A stretch of DNA of 64,000 bases, taken from Lytechinus pictus (Eukaryota). The notes beneath the pieces are model-generated. The model was given only the letters and a program-made list of their open reading frames with translations, did not search any database and was not told where the DNA came from. Location: assembly GCF_037042905.1 (NCBI RefSeq), contig NC_087250.1, positions 16,556,001 through 16,620,000 on the forward strand, written 5' to 3'. Shown in pieces: positions 1 to 12,898 of this stretch; the first letter of the stretch is position 1; every line of letters begins with the position of its first letter. The translations under genes and the position numbers were made by a program.

Positions 1-2027
1 AGTGCATGCGCCATTTTGAGTGAGTGACATCATCATCACTCTCATTTGGATGTAACTGGCTCGTTCATATAACTATTTTGTTTAAAATAAGCGAAACTTT
101 GAAATGTCATAACTTTCTTATTTTACATCCGATTTTGATGAAATTTTCAGCATTGTGCTTGTCTGATTTTTCCCTATTGATTCAAATCAACATTTTTCTG
201 AGGTGGAGTTGACCTTTCAATCAGACGCGTCAATGCATGCACATCGTTCTGAAACGATTGCAGTTCTAGTCTTCTTCTTCTTCTTCTTCCACAAAATCCC
301 ATTTGTTTAACACATGGTGTTTGTTAGCTCTGCCCTGGCTCCGTCCCTCATCCAAATTCATCCAAACTTGGTAGACATGTTGTCCAGCATCCCTAGTTGT
401 GCCCCTTGTCTTCCTTTTTTCAAAATCACTCATGCATGACCATCTAGGCGCCATTTTGTAAATTTCAAGTCCATTTGCATACCATTACTAATCTCGTCCT
501 AACTCCCGCATCCTGCATTCTACAGACTTCTAACAAATTGCTATAGATAGTCAAAGAGTTGCCCCATCATTTGCGACGGATAACCTGACCTTCAAAATGC
601 CATCTTCATGCCCTAAATTCAAATTCGAAATAGCCTTCCTTCAAAAACGTCATATTTATTGAAATGTAAAGTCAAAAAATCGTAAAATGGCCATAACTTT
701 CTTGTTTTTATTCATTTTGAGCTCATATTTTCAGGAATTGATACTGGTACCATATTATACATAGGAATCATTTTTCACGCATCACTAAATTTCCGTTACT
801 GAAATAGCGCCCTCTAAAGTTTCAAAAACGCTTATCTTTGAATGCTCCTCATTGCGTCATGCATGGCCAAACCCGTACCCTTTTTTAGATTTAGGGTGTT
901 CAAGATATACCCTTTCATGCCATTTAGAAAAAAATATACCTTACCACTGACGAAATATCTGAAAAATGCTCCCGAAAATCAGCAAAATACGCAAAAATGC
1001 ACTATAATGCCAGCACAACTTCAACTTGCTCTTATTTCCTTATTATTGAAGTTTATCCTTTCTAACTTGGCAGATATGAGTATTGATATATATTTCAACC
1101 GTTCGTTAACCTTTTGTGACAGAAACTGACATAGAGCTGACGTCAGCTCAAAATTATTGTGCAATACTCTCATTTTTAATGTCTTTCTTTATATGGCATT
1201 TACTTCCGGTCTATTGCTTGCGCAAAAATAAAAGTGGTATCAATGTCACCGCATTGGAATGCCCTATCCAGTGATTCCAAATACGACATAGGTTACAACA
1301 GAAAATTTCAAGATAAGCCAATCTGAACACATGGTATACTACTCACAACGCACACATTATCAACAACAGAATTGTACACAATGTCTATGGCATAACGTAT
1401 TATGCATGCACATCGTTCTGCTATGTACTTTACACTGAGTTACGTTAATGAACTGTCAGGGAAATGTGTATGCTCATTCATATTACTCTCTGTGTCTTTC
1501 TCTCCCTTCTCTCTCTTTTTTTTTGAGCGGCCATACGGTCTAAAAAAGGCCCAATGGACGAAATCTGTTTGACTTGAGAATGTAACTTCCTATGGAGGGC
1601 AAAATGTACCAAAATCCACTTTGATTAACATGTAATTTTTGTTAGTCATCCCCTGCCTCCGCTCCTCATCCAAATTCATTCCGATTTGGTAGACATGTTG
1701 TCCATGATGCATTATTGTGTACCTCTTATTACATTTTCTAAAATCATTCATGCATGACAGTGCATGCACCATTTTGAGTGAGTGATATCATCATCTCTCT
1801 CATTTGGATGTAACTGGCTCGTTCATATAACTCTTTCGTTAAAAATAAGCGAAACTTTGAAATGTCATAACTTTCTTTTTTTACATCTGATTTTGATGAA
1901 ATTTTCAGCATTGTGCTTGTCTGATTTTTCCCTATTGATTCAAATCAACATTTTTATGAGGTGGACTTCACCTCTAAATCAGACACGTCAATGCATGCAC
2001 ATCGTTCGGAAACGATTGCAGTTCTAG
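1..2027 (+). mobile_element. Composite duplicated repeat with Helitron-like 3' ends
   Basis: 1-270 matches 1759-2028, and about 290-460 matches about 1610-1775. Both main copies end in a short hairpin followed by CTAG|T (266-269, 2024-2027). Confidence 0.5.
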
Positions 2028-2369
2028 TTTATCACTGGAATCATTATTTTAAAGATTTCACTGTCCACTTCCGGTATCAATCCATTTTAATTCGTGTAGG
2101 TGTGGATAATCATTGTACCCAGGGAATAGAAAATACTTTTTTTTTACAATTTCACTTTGAATTTTACAATTCCGGATTCTTGGTAGGGCGCCCTCTTTAA
2201 GCGATACTCAAGTCACCAATTGAATTATTTGTACCCCGAGCACAGACCTTTCTTGTGTGTTTGCTGTTTGCTAATATGCTTAATTATTGCTGAAATTTCT
2301 CTAAAACTAGTTGCTGAAAATTTGAAACTTATTGTAGAATTAAAAACATGTAATTTCTTCTCAAATGTT

Positions 2370-2534
2370 AACAGCCAATCAGAAAACAGTATTTTAACGA
2401 CGTCATCAATATTTAAAAATACTTTTATTGAATTCTACGGGGGGGGGGCAATTACCCCTATCTACCAAATTTAATCGTATAAATGTGTGAATAATGGGTT
2501 TTGGCGCACTTTGGGTTCATTCTGGCCCACTGTG
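2370..2534. mobile_element. Right end of a related Transib-like element
   Basis: Ends ...TTTTGGCGCACTTTGGGTTCATTCTGGCCCACTGTG|CGACG; similar to 16865-17026. Confidence 0.7.
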
Positions 2535-2656
2535 CGACGTTGACTCGAACGATCAGAAGACTGTACTGCTACGTCGTTCTCGTTCACTGCTCCTAAAATT
2601 TAAGACAGCATTTACGAAGCGCTTTAGGATACTTAGATCTCCAGGAATTTTCTACG

Positions 2657-2766
2657 CTCGGCCGGAGTTTAGGCCAGAAAGAGTTCATGTTACGTGATGA
2701 TATATGTATGGCCAACAGTTGGTCTTTTGGTGCTGTACCGATTTGTGTTCACAACGCTCAGATTCG
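2657..2766 (+). CDS. Exon 1 (5' boundary uncertain; ATG at 2687) of a PLP-dependent class-V enzyme, Egt2 hercynylcysteine sulfoxide lyase / L-cysteine desulfhydrase / isopenicillin-N epimerase-like
   Basis: Manual translation gives LGRSLGQKEFMLRDDICMANSWSFGAVPICVHNAQI(R). This resembles the family N-terminus F-x-L...LNHGSFGAVP..V...Q. Donor CG|GTGAGT at 2766/2767 (phase 2). The frame is open from the TAA at 2594-2596. Not in the ORF track. Confidence 0.75.
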
Positions 2767-2877
2767 GTGAGTCATACACCCGTCGTGCAAGAAGTTTTAA
2801 CTAGTGTAATGCAATGTCGGATCCTGATAGGTCAAATAAGGCATGTGTGACCCTTGCCCACCCCAACCCGTTTGATT

Positions 2878-2913
<36 letters not shown>

Positions 2914-3439
2914 ACCATTGTTCTCTTCATCCATTTCTTTACAATATTTAAATAAAAGAGTTGCCAAAGCTGTTGTACATGTATAACTTTACACACATAT
3001 ATATATATATATACATACATATATGTATGTGTGTGGGTGTGTGTGTGTGTGTAAATGTTAGTTTAAAATATTTTGTGTTAAAAAAAAATGGGGGAAGATC
3101 GTTTTTTGCTTGTGTTTCTTTTTCCTGACACAAATCACCGCCAATTGGAAGCGAATAGCATTATTTCTTGTTGACCTTTTTATGAACAAAAATGCCCCTA
3201 TTAAAAAATCCCGGACCCCCCCCCCCCCCCTGGATTCAAGGTATTGATAATATGATTGAAATCACGAAGCGGTCGGTGGATTCGGTTGTGCGTGAGTGAG
3301 CGTGCGATGGTATGGTTGATGGATGTGAATTACTTTAATACAAAATACTGGAAAAAATAAACCGGACTGTTTGTGTGTCTGTGAATATACTATAGGGCCT
3401 ACGTATTATGATTCAAAATGTGTTTTCTTTTCATACTAG

Positions 3440-3585
3440 CTTAATGAAAGAGGTCAAGGAGAACCCGGATGAGTGGTTTCATTGGAGAATGAAAACGATG
3501 TATGAGGATGATTCTGTTCAGCACGTATCTACCTTCACCGGTGCCAATTCCGATAACATAGTCCTGATTGAGAACATGACTGCTG
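3440..3585 (+). CDS. Exon 2 of Egt2/IPN-epimerase-like PLP enzyme
   Basis: Polypyrimidine tract and ...CATACTAG| acceptor. Reads (R)LMKEVKENPDEWFHWRMKTMYEDDSVQHVSTFTGANSDNIVLIENMTA(G), matching the E-x-NPD-x-W/F...F-x-GA...LV-x-x-x-NAT-T-G motif. Donor G|GTAACA. 146 nt, phase 2 in and phase 1 out, compatible with both neighbours. Confidence 0.8.
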
Positions 3586-3634
3586 GTAACAAAAGGGGGA
3601 CAAACTGTCACCCCATTACCAATAAGAAATATTT

Positions 3635-3760
3635 ATGATGATGATGATGATAATTATATTGATAACAACATCATCAATTATTATAATAATAATAATGATA
3701 ATATTAATAATGATACTAACACTAATACTAATAATACTACCAACAATAATAATAATACAA
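3635..3760. repeat. (ATA/ATG)n-type microsatellite; (TA)n tracts also at 2881-3052, 45808-45876 and 53378-53440
   Basis: Direct reading. Confidence 0.9.
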
Positions 3761-3819
3761 TTTGTAGGGAGCAGCTTATACAAATGTTTAAATTTAGCGC
3801 AAGGGTGGGCAGGCAACAA

Positions 3820-4770
3820 AATTATTTGTCCACCGCTGCTGCAGTTCAAGACATCAAGTCTACATGATATGAATATTCATGGCCTGCGTCTTCGGAATAA
3901 GAGAACGCACGCATGTGCACTCGTCTTCACAAAATTGTGGTCGTTTGCGTTGCCAGGAATGATTCAGCATCCTCAAATTACCGGTACCCTTACCAGGGGC
4001 GGCGATCATGGGGGGCCGGGGGCACAGTTCCCCCTCCCCACTTTTTGAAGCACTACAAAGTGCCCTTCTTGCGCAATAAAAATTCTCCCTCATGATTGTG
4101 CACTGTGCCCCTTTCAGAGGAGGATCCGTTTTATGTGTTACCAAGTGTCCTTTCTCGTATAAGTGCCATTTTTTAAAAGCAAAATGATCCCTCTCAAACG
4201 TGTGTGCCCCTTTCCACTGTGAAGAACCCGATTTATGTCGTTAGCAAGTGTCATGTATTGTATCACTGTCAATTTTTACCGAAAAATACCTCCTCACGAA
4301 CGTGTTCTGTGCCCCTTTCACCTGAGAAGGATCTATTTCATGTGTGAACAAGTGCCCAATTGCCTTCTTGTAAATTTCCTATTTCGTATCAGCCCCCCCC
4401 CCCTTAACCCAAGAAAAGTGCCCCACACGAACGTGTTATGTGCCCATTTCACCTGTGAATTATACGCGTTATCTAGCGATTACCCCTTTGAAACAAGAAA
4501 AACATTATTCTAATTTTCACATGTTACTATTGATAATTATGATAAGTGTTTATTAATTGGATCTCGATATAGATCCAAGGCCTACATGTATGTATACCGG
4601 CAATTTCAGAGTGCTGATTCATTCATGGCAACACAAGCAACCACAATTTTGTAAAGATGAATTCCGCGCGCAAGCGAAGACCTACTCTTATTACGAAAAC
4701 GAAAGTCATGAATATTCATTATCAAGTAGACTTGGGGTCCGGAACAGCAGTGGGAAAAACAACTTCGCCG
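3820..4770. mobile_element. Long-TIR MITE with nested insertion; related copy at about 38320-38915
   Basis: 3860-3990 is inverted-repeated at about 4590-4740 (GAATATTCAT...CACAAAATT...TCAGCA...ATTACCGGTA). Confidence 0.55.
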
Positions 4771-5430
4771 ACTGGCAGTCGAACTGATATTGGCTGTTGT
4801 CATTGTTTCATTACTGTTGTTATGATTTTATTATCCTTATCGATAATATTATAATTTATTTATCGATTTATTTAGTCATGTTTTATTTATAACAAACGAT
4901 AAAATAAGTTGGAGGGTAGTTCTGTTCAGTTTTAAAACTGCTTTACAACAGAGCCCCCCAACCCCTTTACAAACATAATTATTATTTGCAGTCCCTTTCT
5001 AATTAAGCTATTCTTAATTCCGATGTCAACATTATTTAGCCACACCCTCAAGCGTCATAGTATATTTTTACACCGTGTAGACCTAGTTATAATTATGTGA
5101 CATCTACAATTAAAAAAAATATATATATATTGTCATTAAATGCCACACTAAACAAGGGTTTAGGCTGGTTTGAGCATGGGAAGTGGCACATCCTGGGAAG
5201 GTGGAACTAAAGTGGTATGGCATGTGTGGGGGTGCATATCTTAGGGAGGTGGAATGTAAGGTTTGGAACGTCAACTGTTGAAAGCAGAAAAAGGGGCACA
5301 ATTTTCGTTTACTTGAAAGTGTCGGAACTCCTGTGCTTCAGCGGGAGGGTGCACCCGTCTACGCCCTAGCTATATACGAAAGTTTTGTGGCCGCGGACCT
5401 TCCGTAAGAACACGTTTTATTTTTATGTAG

Positions 5431-5547
5431 GTATCAACTCAATCATGAAGTCTTTCAAATTCCACAGAGGCGATTTTATCTTAATGACGAACTATACGTA
5501 CAGATCAAATACGGCAATTGCAGAGATGATAACAAATACAAGAACAG
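5431..5547 (+). CDS. Exon 3 of Egt2/IPN-epimerase-like PLP enzyme; downstream exons (including the PLP-lysine motif) not found, so possibly a 3'-truncated gene/pseudogene
   Basis: TTTTATGTAG| acceptor. Reads (G)INSIMKSFKFHRGDFILMTNYTYRSNTAIAEMITNTRT, matching G-x-N-x-VL-x-S...GD-x-IL-x-T...Y. Donor G|GTAAGA. 117 nt, phase 1/1. Confidence 0.8.
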
Positions 5548-5689
5548 GTAAGACTTTTGTATTTCACTTGTCATTAATTGGTCCAATATATTACTTAGTA
5601 AAAAAAACCTTTCCTTATAATTCTCGGTTGAAGTCGGTCTATTCACTTTGCTACTGGTCTTGCAATCCACTACAAGAGTGTCAAATCCA

Positions 5690-6460
5690 TTCTTTAGGTC
5701 AATTTCTCATCAAATTTGATTTTTTTTTGGTCTGAATGTATAGATTTCTAGTAGCTCTATAAGATGATACCAAAGTTGAAATTCCCATTAAAAAGTGCTA
5801 TAAAATGGCTTTAAAATATTCTTTTTTTCAAAAGGAGAAAAGTCCACACATATTTTTTTTTTGGAAAAGAATATGAATATGAAGACAGGTAGATTTCTTT
5901 TATACCCAATTCTATGTCCTCATGCATGTCATGGTAGGGTATCAGGAAAATTTGGTTTCGCATAACAATATTGCAATATGGGAGAATTTGAAAAATGATT
6001 TTCTTGGAGTGGACCTAACCCCTTTTGGAAACAAACTATTCTTAAGAGCTCATTTGTCAAAAGGGGTTAGGTACATTGTTCATAAATTTAATTGTTTTCT
6101 GTCTCCAAACCTCTAAATTTTTACTCGTTCTGATGAAAACAAAGAAAATTTCAATTTCACATGAAAACGTGAATAAAAGTGGCAAAGAAAATTAACTTTT
6201 TTAATCAAAATAGATTGGATTCATTTCAGTTTACTTGCAAAAGGGGTTAGGTCCACAATGATTTTTTTGGTTAATATATAGAAAAAAAAATGAAAACAGG
6301 TAGATTTCTTTTATACCCAATTTTATGTTCACATGATAGGGTAGTACATCATGACAATTTAGTTTCTCATAAGAATATTGCAATAAGTGATAATAAAAAA
6401 CATGTTTTTTCTTTGAATGGTCCAAAGTGGACCTAACCCCTTTTTTAACTAAACTCTTCA
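5690..6460. mobile_element. Non-autonomous element with repeated AAAAGGGGTTAGGTCC motifs; fuller copy at about 41950-43040
   Basis: Direct and inverted copies of the motif; long similarity between the two loci. Confidence 0.6.
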
Positions 6461-6559
6461 AATACAGATCAATATCACTATTACCATCATTATCAAAAGT
6501 TTTGTAAAGGATCGTATTTATTAGAGTGACAGACTTCTTAAACAAACATAATAATTTTT

Positions 6560-7650
6560 TGCAAATCACAGTTTGGCTTTCGAGCAAATCACAAGACAAC
6601 TCAAGCGATATTGAAATGCATCGATTTATTATCACATGTCGTTGATCAAAATTTACATACAATTGCAATATTCCTGGACTTTTCCGAGGCTTTCGATACA
6701 ATTAACCCTGATATCCTACTATTAAATTTGTCACACTATGGTGTTAGAGAGACAGCCTTGGAATGGTTCAGGAATTATCTATCAAATAGAAAACAATTTG
6801 TACAAATAGATAATCATAGTTCTGCGTTGCGACCAATAAATTGTGGAGTTCCACATGGTAGTATATTGGGTCCGTTATCATTTATTATACACATAAATGA
6901 CTTTATAAATGATTTATACACATCAATCTTCAGATGTTGTATCTTTCGTTTTATTTTCAGAAGATTCGACCTTATTTTATTCTCATGCGAACCAAAATAA
7001 ACTATCATCTGATATAAATCTTGAACTGAGACATGTAGTTTAATGGGTTAAAGCCAACAAATTATCCCGTAACATCCTGAGGACAAACTTCATGTTTTTT
7101 AGTAATACTTTGCAAAATCTACCTGGAGACATCCTTTTGGACGACACTCTTCTGAATAGGGTCTCTTCAACCAAATTCTTAGGGCTCATGATTGACGATA
7201 AATTGAAATGGAACATTCATATTAAAAATGTATTCAAAACTACATTGTATATCCAGGAATATTGGTGTAATGAATAAAATAAGACAATTTTTTTTTCCAA
7301 AATGAACACTTGTTACACTATATTCCTCCCTAATACTTCCCTATCTGAATTATGCAATAATGACATGGGGTAACGCCAACAAACGCCAACAGGGCAATTC
7401 ATGTACAAATTTAATTTAAATGAACTGCCAAACATATTAATTAACATGTTCACAAAAATAACGTCATTAACAATTACCCCACAAGACAATCCCCCGTTTT
7501 CCACCTTCCCCGTACCCGCACTCAACTTGCACAAAGAACAATTTCCTTTTACGGTCCTAAATACTGGAATACACTCAGTCACGACATCATTAACTCCGTT
7601 AGTCTGAACTGCTTTGAAATTAAGCTAAAAAGCACATTCTCGAATCTTAT
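6560..7650 (+). mobile_element. Degenerate LINE (CR1-like) reverse-transcriptase fragment
   Basis: IFLDFSEAFDTIN...LSHYGVR...WFRNYLSNRKQFV...CGVPHGSILGPLSFIIHIND, then KFLGLMIDDKLKW; frameshifted. Confidence 0.85.
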
Positions 7651-7651
7651 A

Positions 7652-8627
7652 CAGTGCGTATCAAAAAAAAAGTTTGCAGTTAGAAAAAATCCTGTAAAAT
7701 TATACTTTTGTAATATCCTGAATATTTTTTCCACATTTTAACATTTGCACAGATCCATTTAAGCAATTGACGATATAACTGTCGAAAAATATTTCCGCTT
7801 GAGTGAGCACCACTTACTTTTGAAAAGTTAGTGAAAAATGATTTGCGCAGAACTTTGAAATAGTTATGCGAATAAAAGTACACCTTATACACGTGGAATT
7901 TAGCAAGTAAAATTGATGTGAAGATATATTTTACCTTTTAAACTTGTTTCCCTGCCCAAAACACTTCAAAGAGTGCATTGCGCCCCACCCCATTCCCCAC
8001 ACACCTAGGCCATCGTGACGATATTTGCTTTACACTGAGCTGTGATTTACATGACATGGCTTAGGCTTGATTTTCATTTTGTTAATCATTGTCAAGATTG
8101 GGAAAAGTGTGGAGAAACAAGTACTAAATGAAAGATGAAATTTAAACTAATTTTAAATGATACAACTTAGTGAAAAAATGGTGGAGATATATATAAACTT
8201 TTGTATTTAGATGTAGTTATGTCCTCAGATCCAGCTGGCACAAAAAGGGTAAAAGTTGTGCTTACTAAGTGTTGAAATTCCAATTTGGGTGGCAGAATTT
8301 TTACAAAATGCTTGAATGTATCCGTTTTATTTCAATTGAATAAAAGTGCAAGGGAAATGTATGATGAATGTTTTGCAGGGTAAGTTTGATTTTGCCCTTT
8401 CCCCTTGACACAGCGTGAAAACGAGCGTTTCTGCGCAAACAGATTTCTGCGAGCTTTACAAAAATGGACAGTGTTCACTCAAGTGTAACATTCTGTCAAA
8501 ACTTTTACTTTTATTGGATAGATGAGACCCAAACCCAAGAATATATTTGAAAAAAATTACCCACATGTTGTATATTTTTTAATTCCCAGGGCTTTTTCAA
8601 GGTGTAAATTTATTTTGATACGCACTG
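7652..8627. mobile_element. Tc1/mariner-type MITE
   Basis: TA|CAGTGCGTATCAAAA ... TTTTGATACGCACTG|TA. Confidence 0.8.
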
Positions 8628-9244
8628 TAGATTAAGCCCCAATTGAGCGCTCACGACCCAACCTCTCTCTTCTCTCTCTCTTCCTTCCTCTTTGTCCTTC
8701 CCTTTCATCTGCCATCGCCCTTATTTTTTCTTCCTTTCTTTCTCTTTCATCCACACAGGTGCACCAGTCTTTCTTCTCGGTTACATTTCTTTTCACTTTC
8801 CATCCATCGTTTCCGTCCTCCATTCACCATAATAGCATAAGACGTTTTCTTTTTTAGGATTGTTTTGTTCTCGTTCTTGCATTTATACTTATACCTACAA
8901 ATCTGTATTTTAACTTATTGTTTGATGAATCCTGCTTTTTAGTGGATCCCTCCAATTCCTCAACATTTATTTAAATAGTAAAGATGAATAAAAGAAGGTG
9001 TATGCAAAATGCTTTATTACGAATATTCTAGTTATTATTATCATAATTATCTAGGTCATTATAAATATCAGTATTAATGTGATATTGTTTGTGTTTATTG
9101 TAAATATTTGTTTATCTATGTCATATTGTCATACGGTATATATTTGTATATTCATTTATATATTTGTAATGATTTCTTTTACTGTTTAATTGACTTGAGT
9201 TGAAATGAAAATAAATCAAAACTGAAACTGTTAATGGCATATGA

Positions 9245-10920
9245 CAAGTTAAGGTTTATGTTTATATAAGTATGTTTTGAGATGTTTTTTGAAGAGGTCA
9301 GGAGAAGAGAGGTTTCGGACATGTCTGAGAGATGGAGGGAGTTTGTTCCAAAGACGGGGAGCAAGAGATTGAAAAGAGTTGAAACCGGCCTGTTTTCTGC
9401 ATTTTGGAATGACATAGGAAAAAGCAGCTGCAGAACGAAGAGAGTATGTAGATCTTTGTTGCTGAAATAATGAAGAAATGAAAGAAGGAAGTGTGGTTGA
9501 CAGAGATTTATAGGTTTGAATAAGTATTCGATAATGTATTCTATCAGAAACAGAGCCAATGAAGTTCATTTAGAAGAGGGATAACACGACACCATTTTGG
9601 TTTGTGACAGATTAATCTTGCACATTTGTTCTGAAGGCGTTGAAGTCTTTCAAGATCTTGTTTACTAATACCCCCAAGCAAGCAACCGCCATAGTCGAGC
9701 CTGGAGAGCAAAAGTGCTCATACAACATTAAGACATGTGTTATTATCCAATAAACTTCTGATGCGATTGAGACTGTAAATTAGCCAGTTGAGAGTACGAC
9801 ACAATTATGTTACATGTTCAGTCGATTTAATTTCACTATAATCAACTCCTTAATCCTTAATGGTTGATGGTATATGAATATCTATGTCAGTCTTTAAAGG
9901 AAAAAGAAAGGTCAAGGAACCGATTAAGGTGTGCAGCAGATGCAGCAACAAAAAACTATGTTTTACAAGAATCTAATTTCAATTTATTATCAAAAAGCCA
10001 CGATTGAATGCCAGACAAACATTTTGAAATCCGAAAATACGCGCAAGCTGCATTTTCAGGATTGGTAGGAAAAAAAAAGATGAACATCTGAATGTCATCG
10101 GCATAAACGTGATACTGAATTGAGTGCCGACTGATGATGTTCCCAATATTACCGATGTAGTATGTAAACAACTTTATGTGCACTCGACTAGTAGACATGT
10201 TGCTAAGATACGATTTGAACGAGGAAAGAGCATTATTTCATAGGCCGAAATCATCAGCCAACCTTTGGATTTTGTGATCTACCGTATCAAAAGCAGATAA
10301 GAAGTGAAGCATTAATAAGAAAACAGCTTGCATATTATAAATTGCACAATTCAGATCATTCTGTAGACTAATCAGTGTAGCTTCAGGGCTATGTGCCTCA
10401 CGATATGCAGACTGCATTGGATCAAGTAAATTATTCTGTGTCACAAAAGTAGATACATGTTTGGAAACAGCCTTTTCAATCACTTTGCCTACAAATTGCA
10501 TGTTAGACACAGGTCTATAACTACCTAAACTATCTTTGTCCAGGGTAGACTTCTTGAAAACCGGTGTTATAATGGACGATCTAAGACTTTCTGGGAAAAT
10601 ACCAGTAGACATTGACAGATACAGAGCACGTAAAAGTACTGGGAGTAAAAACAGACAAATGCTTCTTAACCAGCCATGTAGGCATGGGATCCAAAGTGCA
10701 AGATTTTTTTAGGAGCACTAAGAAATCATACGTTGTAAGACATTCTCCACTCACAGTATCAAATTTATCAAGGGATGAATCAAGTTTACATGTATTTGTA
10801 ATACGTTAGATACACTACCATCAGTTGGAACAGTGCCCTCTATATCATCCCTAATTTGAGAAGTTTTACTGGCGAAATGATCTGAGAAACTTTCAGCAAG
10901 ATCATGGCTCCCTTAATTGG
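9245..10920 (-). mobile_element. Degenerate L2-like LINE RT fragment
   Basis: YRPVSNMQFVGKVIEK...DPMQSAYR..HS.E, SAFDTVDH, YHVYADDIQ, APRLWNKLP across several frames. Confidence 0.85.
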
Positions 10921-10978
10921 CACATGTAAAGTTAATATTTAGGCCTATCATGCCTATAATCGTGTGTAAAATAAATGT

Positions 10979-11570
10979 TTAAAGGGATGGTCTAAGCTGG
11001 CGTTATACTTATATCTTAATAAATAGAGTAAAATTCACAGAGCAAAATGCTGAAAATTTGATCAAGATCGCATAAAAAATAAGACGGTTATTGAGTTTTA
11101 AAGATTTGCACTAGCCGTTGAAACAGTTGTAGGCATGTCTTCATGAATATTCATTAGGTGGGATGATCATGTCACATCCCCACTTGTTCTTTTTTGTATT
11201 TCATTATTATGAAATTAAGTTTATTCAAAATGTTCTACCAAGAACTAAAACAATTTGATTGACAACTGATTAAGGGCATTATTTATTTATTGCTGCCACA
11301 TTTTTCATCAAAATGGAAAAAAATCATGTACACTTTTATGAAAAATTATAACAAATATGATTTCATGTAACATAGAAAAAAGAAATGTTTGTATGTGACA
11401 TCACCAGCCCACCTAATGAATATTCATGACAACGTGCATATAACTGTTTTCACAAAATATTGATAAACTTTAATATTCAATAACTTTGTTATCTGTTATA
11501 AGATTTTGATGAAATTTTCTTCACATTCTAAACACTTTTTTGTAAACATGGAGTAGATCAATGTTATTAA
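10979..11570. mobile_element. TTAA-AGG-terminated non-autonomous element (Kolobok-like, family inferred); related copy at about 43695-44547
   Basis: TTAAAGG start and internal inverted blocks (GAATATTCATTAGGTGGG; GAAAATTT.ATCAA). Confidence 0.5.
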
Positions 11571-12035
11571 CCTAGCATGGCCCTGGGAAGGGGGGGGGGG
11601 GCGTCGGTGAATCGCCCCCATCAGTTTCCTTGGGGTTGCTGCGTGTATTATTCTCAATAGGCTGCACAACCAGGTATTCTGCAAGATGTGTAAAAATTGG
11701 AGAATATCTAATGACCTTTCTGTTTTCTTTTCGAATTTCGCGTACATTTTGTAATGAAAACCTTTTTTTTTTTTTTTTTGGAGGGGGGGGGGGCATTTTC
11801 AAATTAACTGCAGCACCCCCCCCCCCCCAAAAAAAAAAAAAAAAAATCGTTCCCAGGGCCCTGTAACCTAGACAATTATGCGAGCCTAATTGCGTGCGTT
11901 GCCCTGATGTAAAATGGCGTTGGTACATGTACTTTTTCAGAGGAGCGTGAATTTTCTCAAGTGAGCCCTGTAGTGTTTGAGCGTTATTAACTCTATATGG
12001 TTTCGATACAATCTTTTCCTTTGTTTCTTTCTTAT

Positions 12036-12181
12036 GAAATTTTGTCTTACTTTGGCGATAGTGATTTCGTCCATAGGATTAGACCTTTGTCTGAGAGATC
12101 GGATAAGTACAAGACATGGTTACTCAGTATCCTGCGCAGCAACAATTGTCGACGTATTCTTGACGTAGCATGCGGAACGGG
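12036..12181 (+). pseudogene. Orphan, inverted GNMT-like first coding exon with dead splice sites
   Basis: [49 protein letters not shown]. The donor position reads GG|ATGAGT instead of GTGAGT, and the upstream pyrimidine tract ends in AT instead of AG. No following plus-strand exons found. Confidence 0.8.
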
Positions 12182-12401
12182 ATGAGTGCATGTTTTATAT
12201 ACCTTTCAAGTATTCGAAACGTATATAATAAGCGGGTGTTTCAAAGAGAATTAAGCGTGACGTCGAGTAATGCGTATCTGCTGACGCGCAAATAAACGCA
12301 CAATCTTATTGATTACAGAACATAGCGTGCGTCTTCTTAGCTTTTATCAAATGCGGCCTTTTTGCTGCATGCAACTGGACAATTAAATAAGTCCGGCTTT
12401 A

Positions 12402-12636
12402 CACTGCAAAAAACTCCGGTGTTGATTTAACACCAGCCCGGAATGTCCACACCAGAGAAGTATTGAAACAACACCAGTTTGGAATCAAACCGATGCTGTT
12501 TTAATACTAATTGGTGTTGTATAAAAAAACCTATCTAGATTAGACCAAAACGAAACTAGTGTTGTTTAACACTTCTCTGGTGTGGACATATATAGATTCC
12601 GGGCTGGTGTTAAATCAACACCAGAATTTTGCAATG
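12402..12636. mobile_element. Palindromic MITE (TA TSD); close copy at 44232-44471, relative at 30780-31018
   Basis: TIR CACTGCAAAAA(A)CTCCGGTGTTGATTTAACACCAGCCCGGAAT. Confidence 0.8.
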
Positions 12637-12898
12637 TAAGTCATAATTATCTTTATGAAACATCCACTGTATAAATCAATCGGAGTGGAAGTTAACCCTG
12701 ATATTACATTAGTTTTAATAAAAAAATATATATTGCTAAATCTTTTATGAAAATGTGTCAAATATTAACGAGTCAGGATTTTTTTTACTTCGTGACGTCA
12801 CAGACGAGTAGCTTTTTTTTATATCTCTTGTGATATAAACTCAGGCTCCATTCAGAAGCGGTATTGATGAAAAAGTATATACATTATATATATATATA

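Noticed and set aside
3635..4048. 137-aa poly-Ile/Met hydrophobic ORF
   Set aside because: Translation of a trinucleotide microsatellite plus MITE sequence, inside a lyase intron.
5547..12036. Possible lyase-methyltransferase fusion transcript
   Set aside because: The donor is phase 1, while the GNMT-like exon needs phase 0 and its acceptor lacks AG.
12182..12190. AT-AC (U12) intron as an explanation of the AT donor
   Set aside because: The sequence is ATGAGT, not the U12 consensus ATATCCT.
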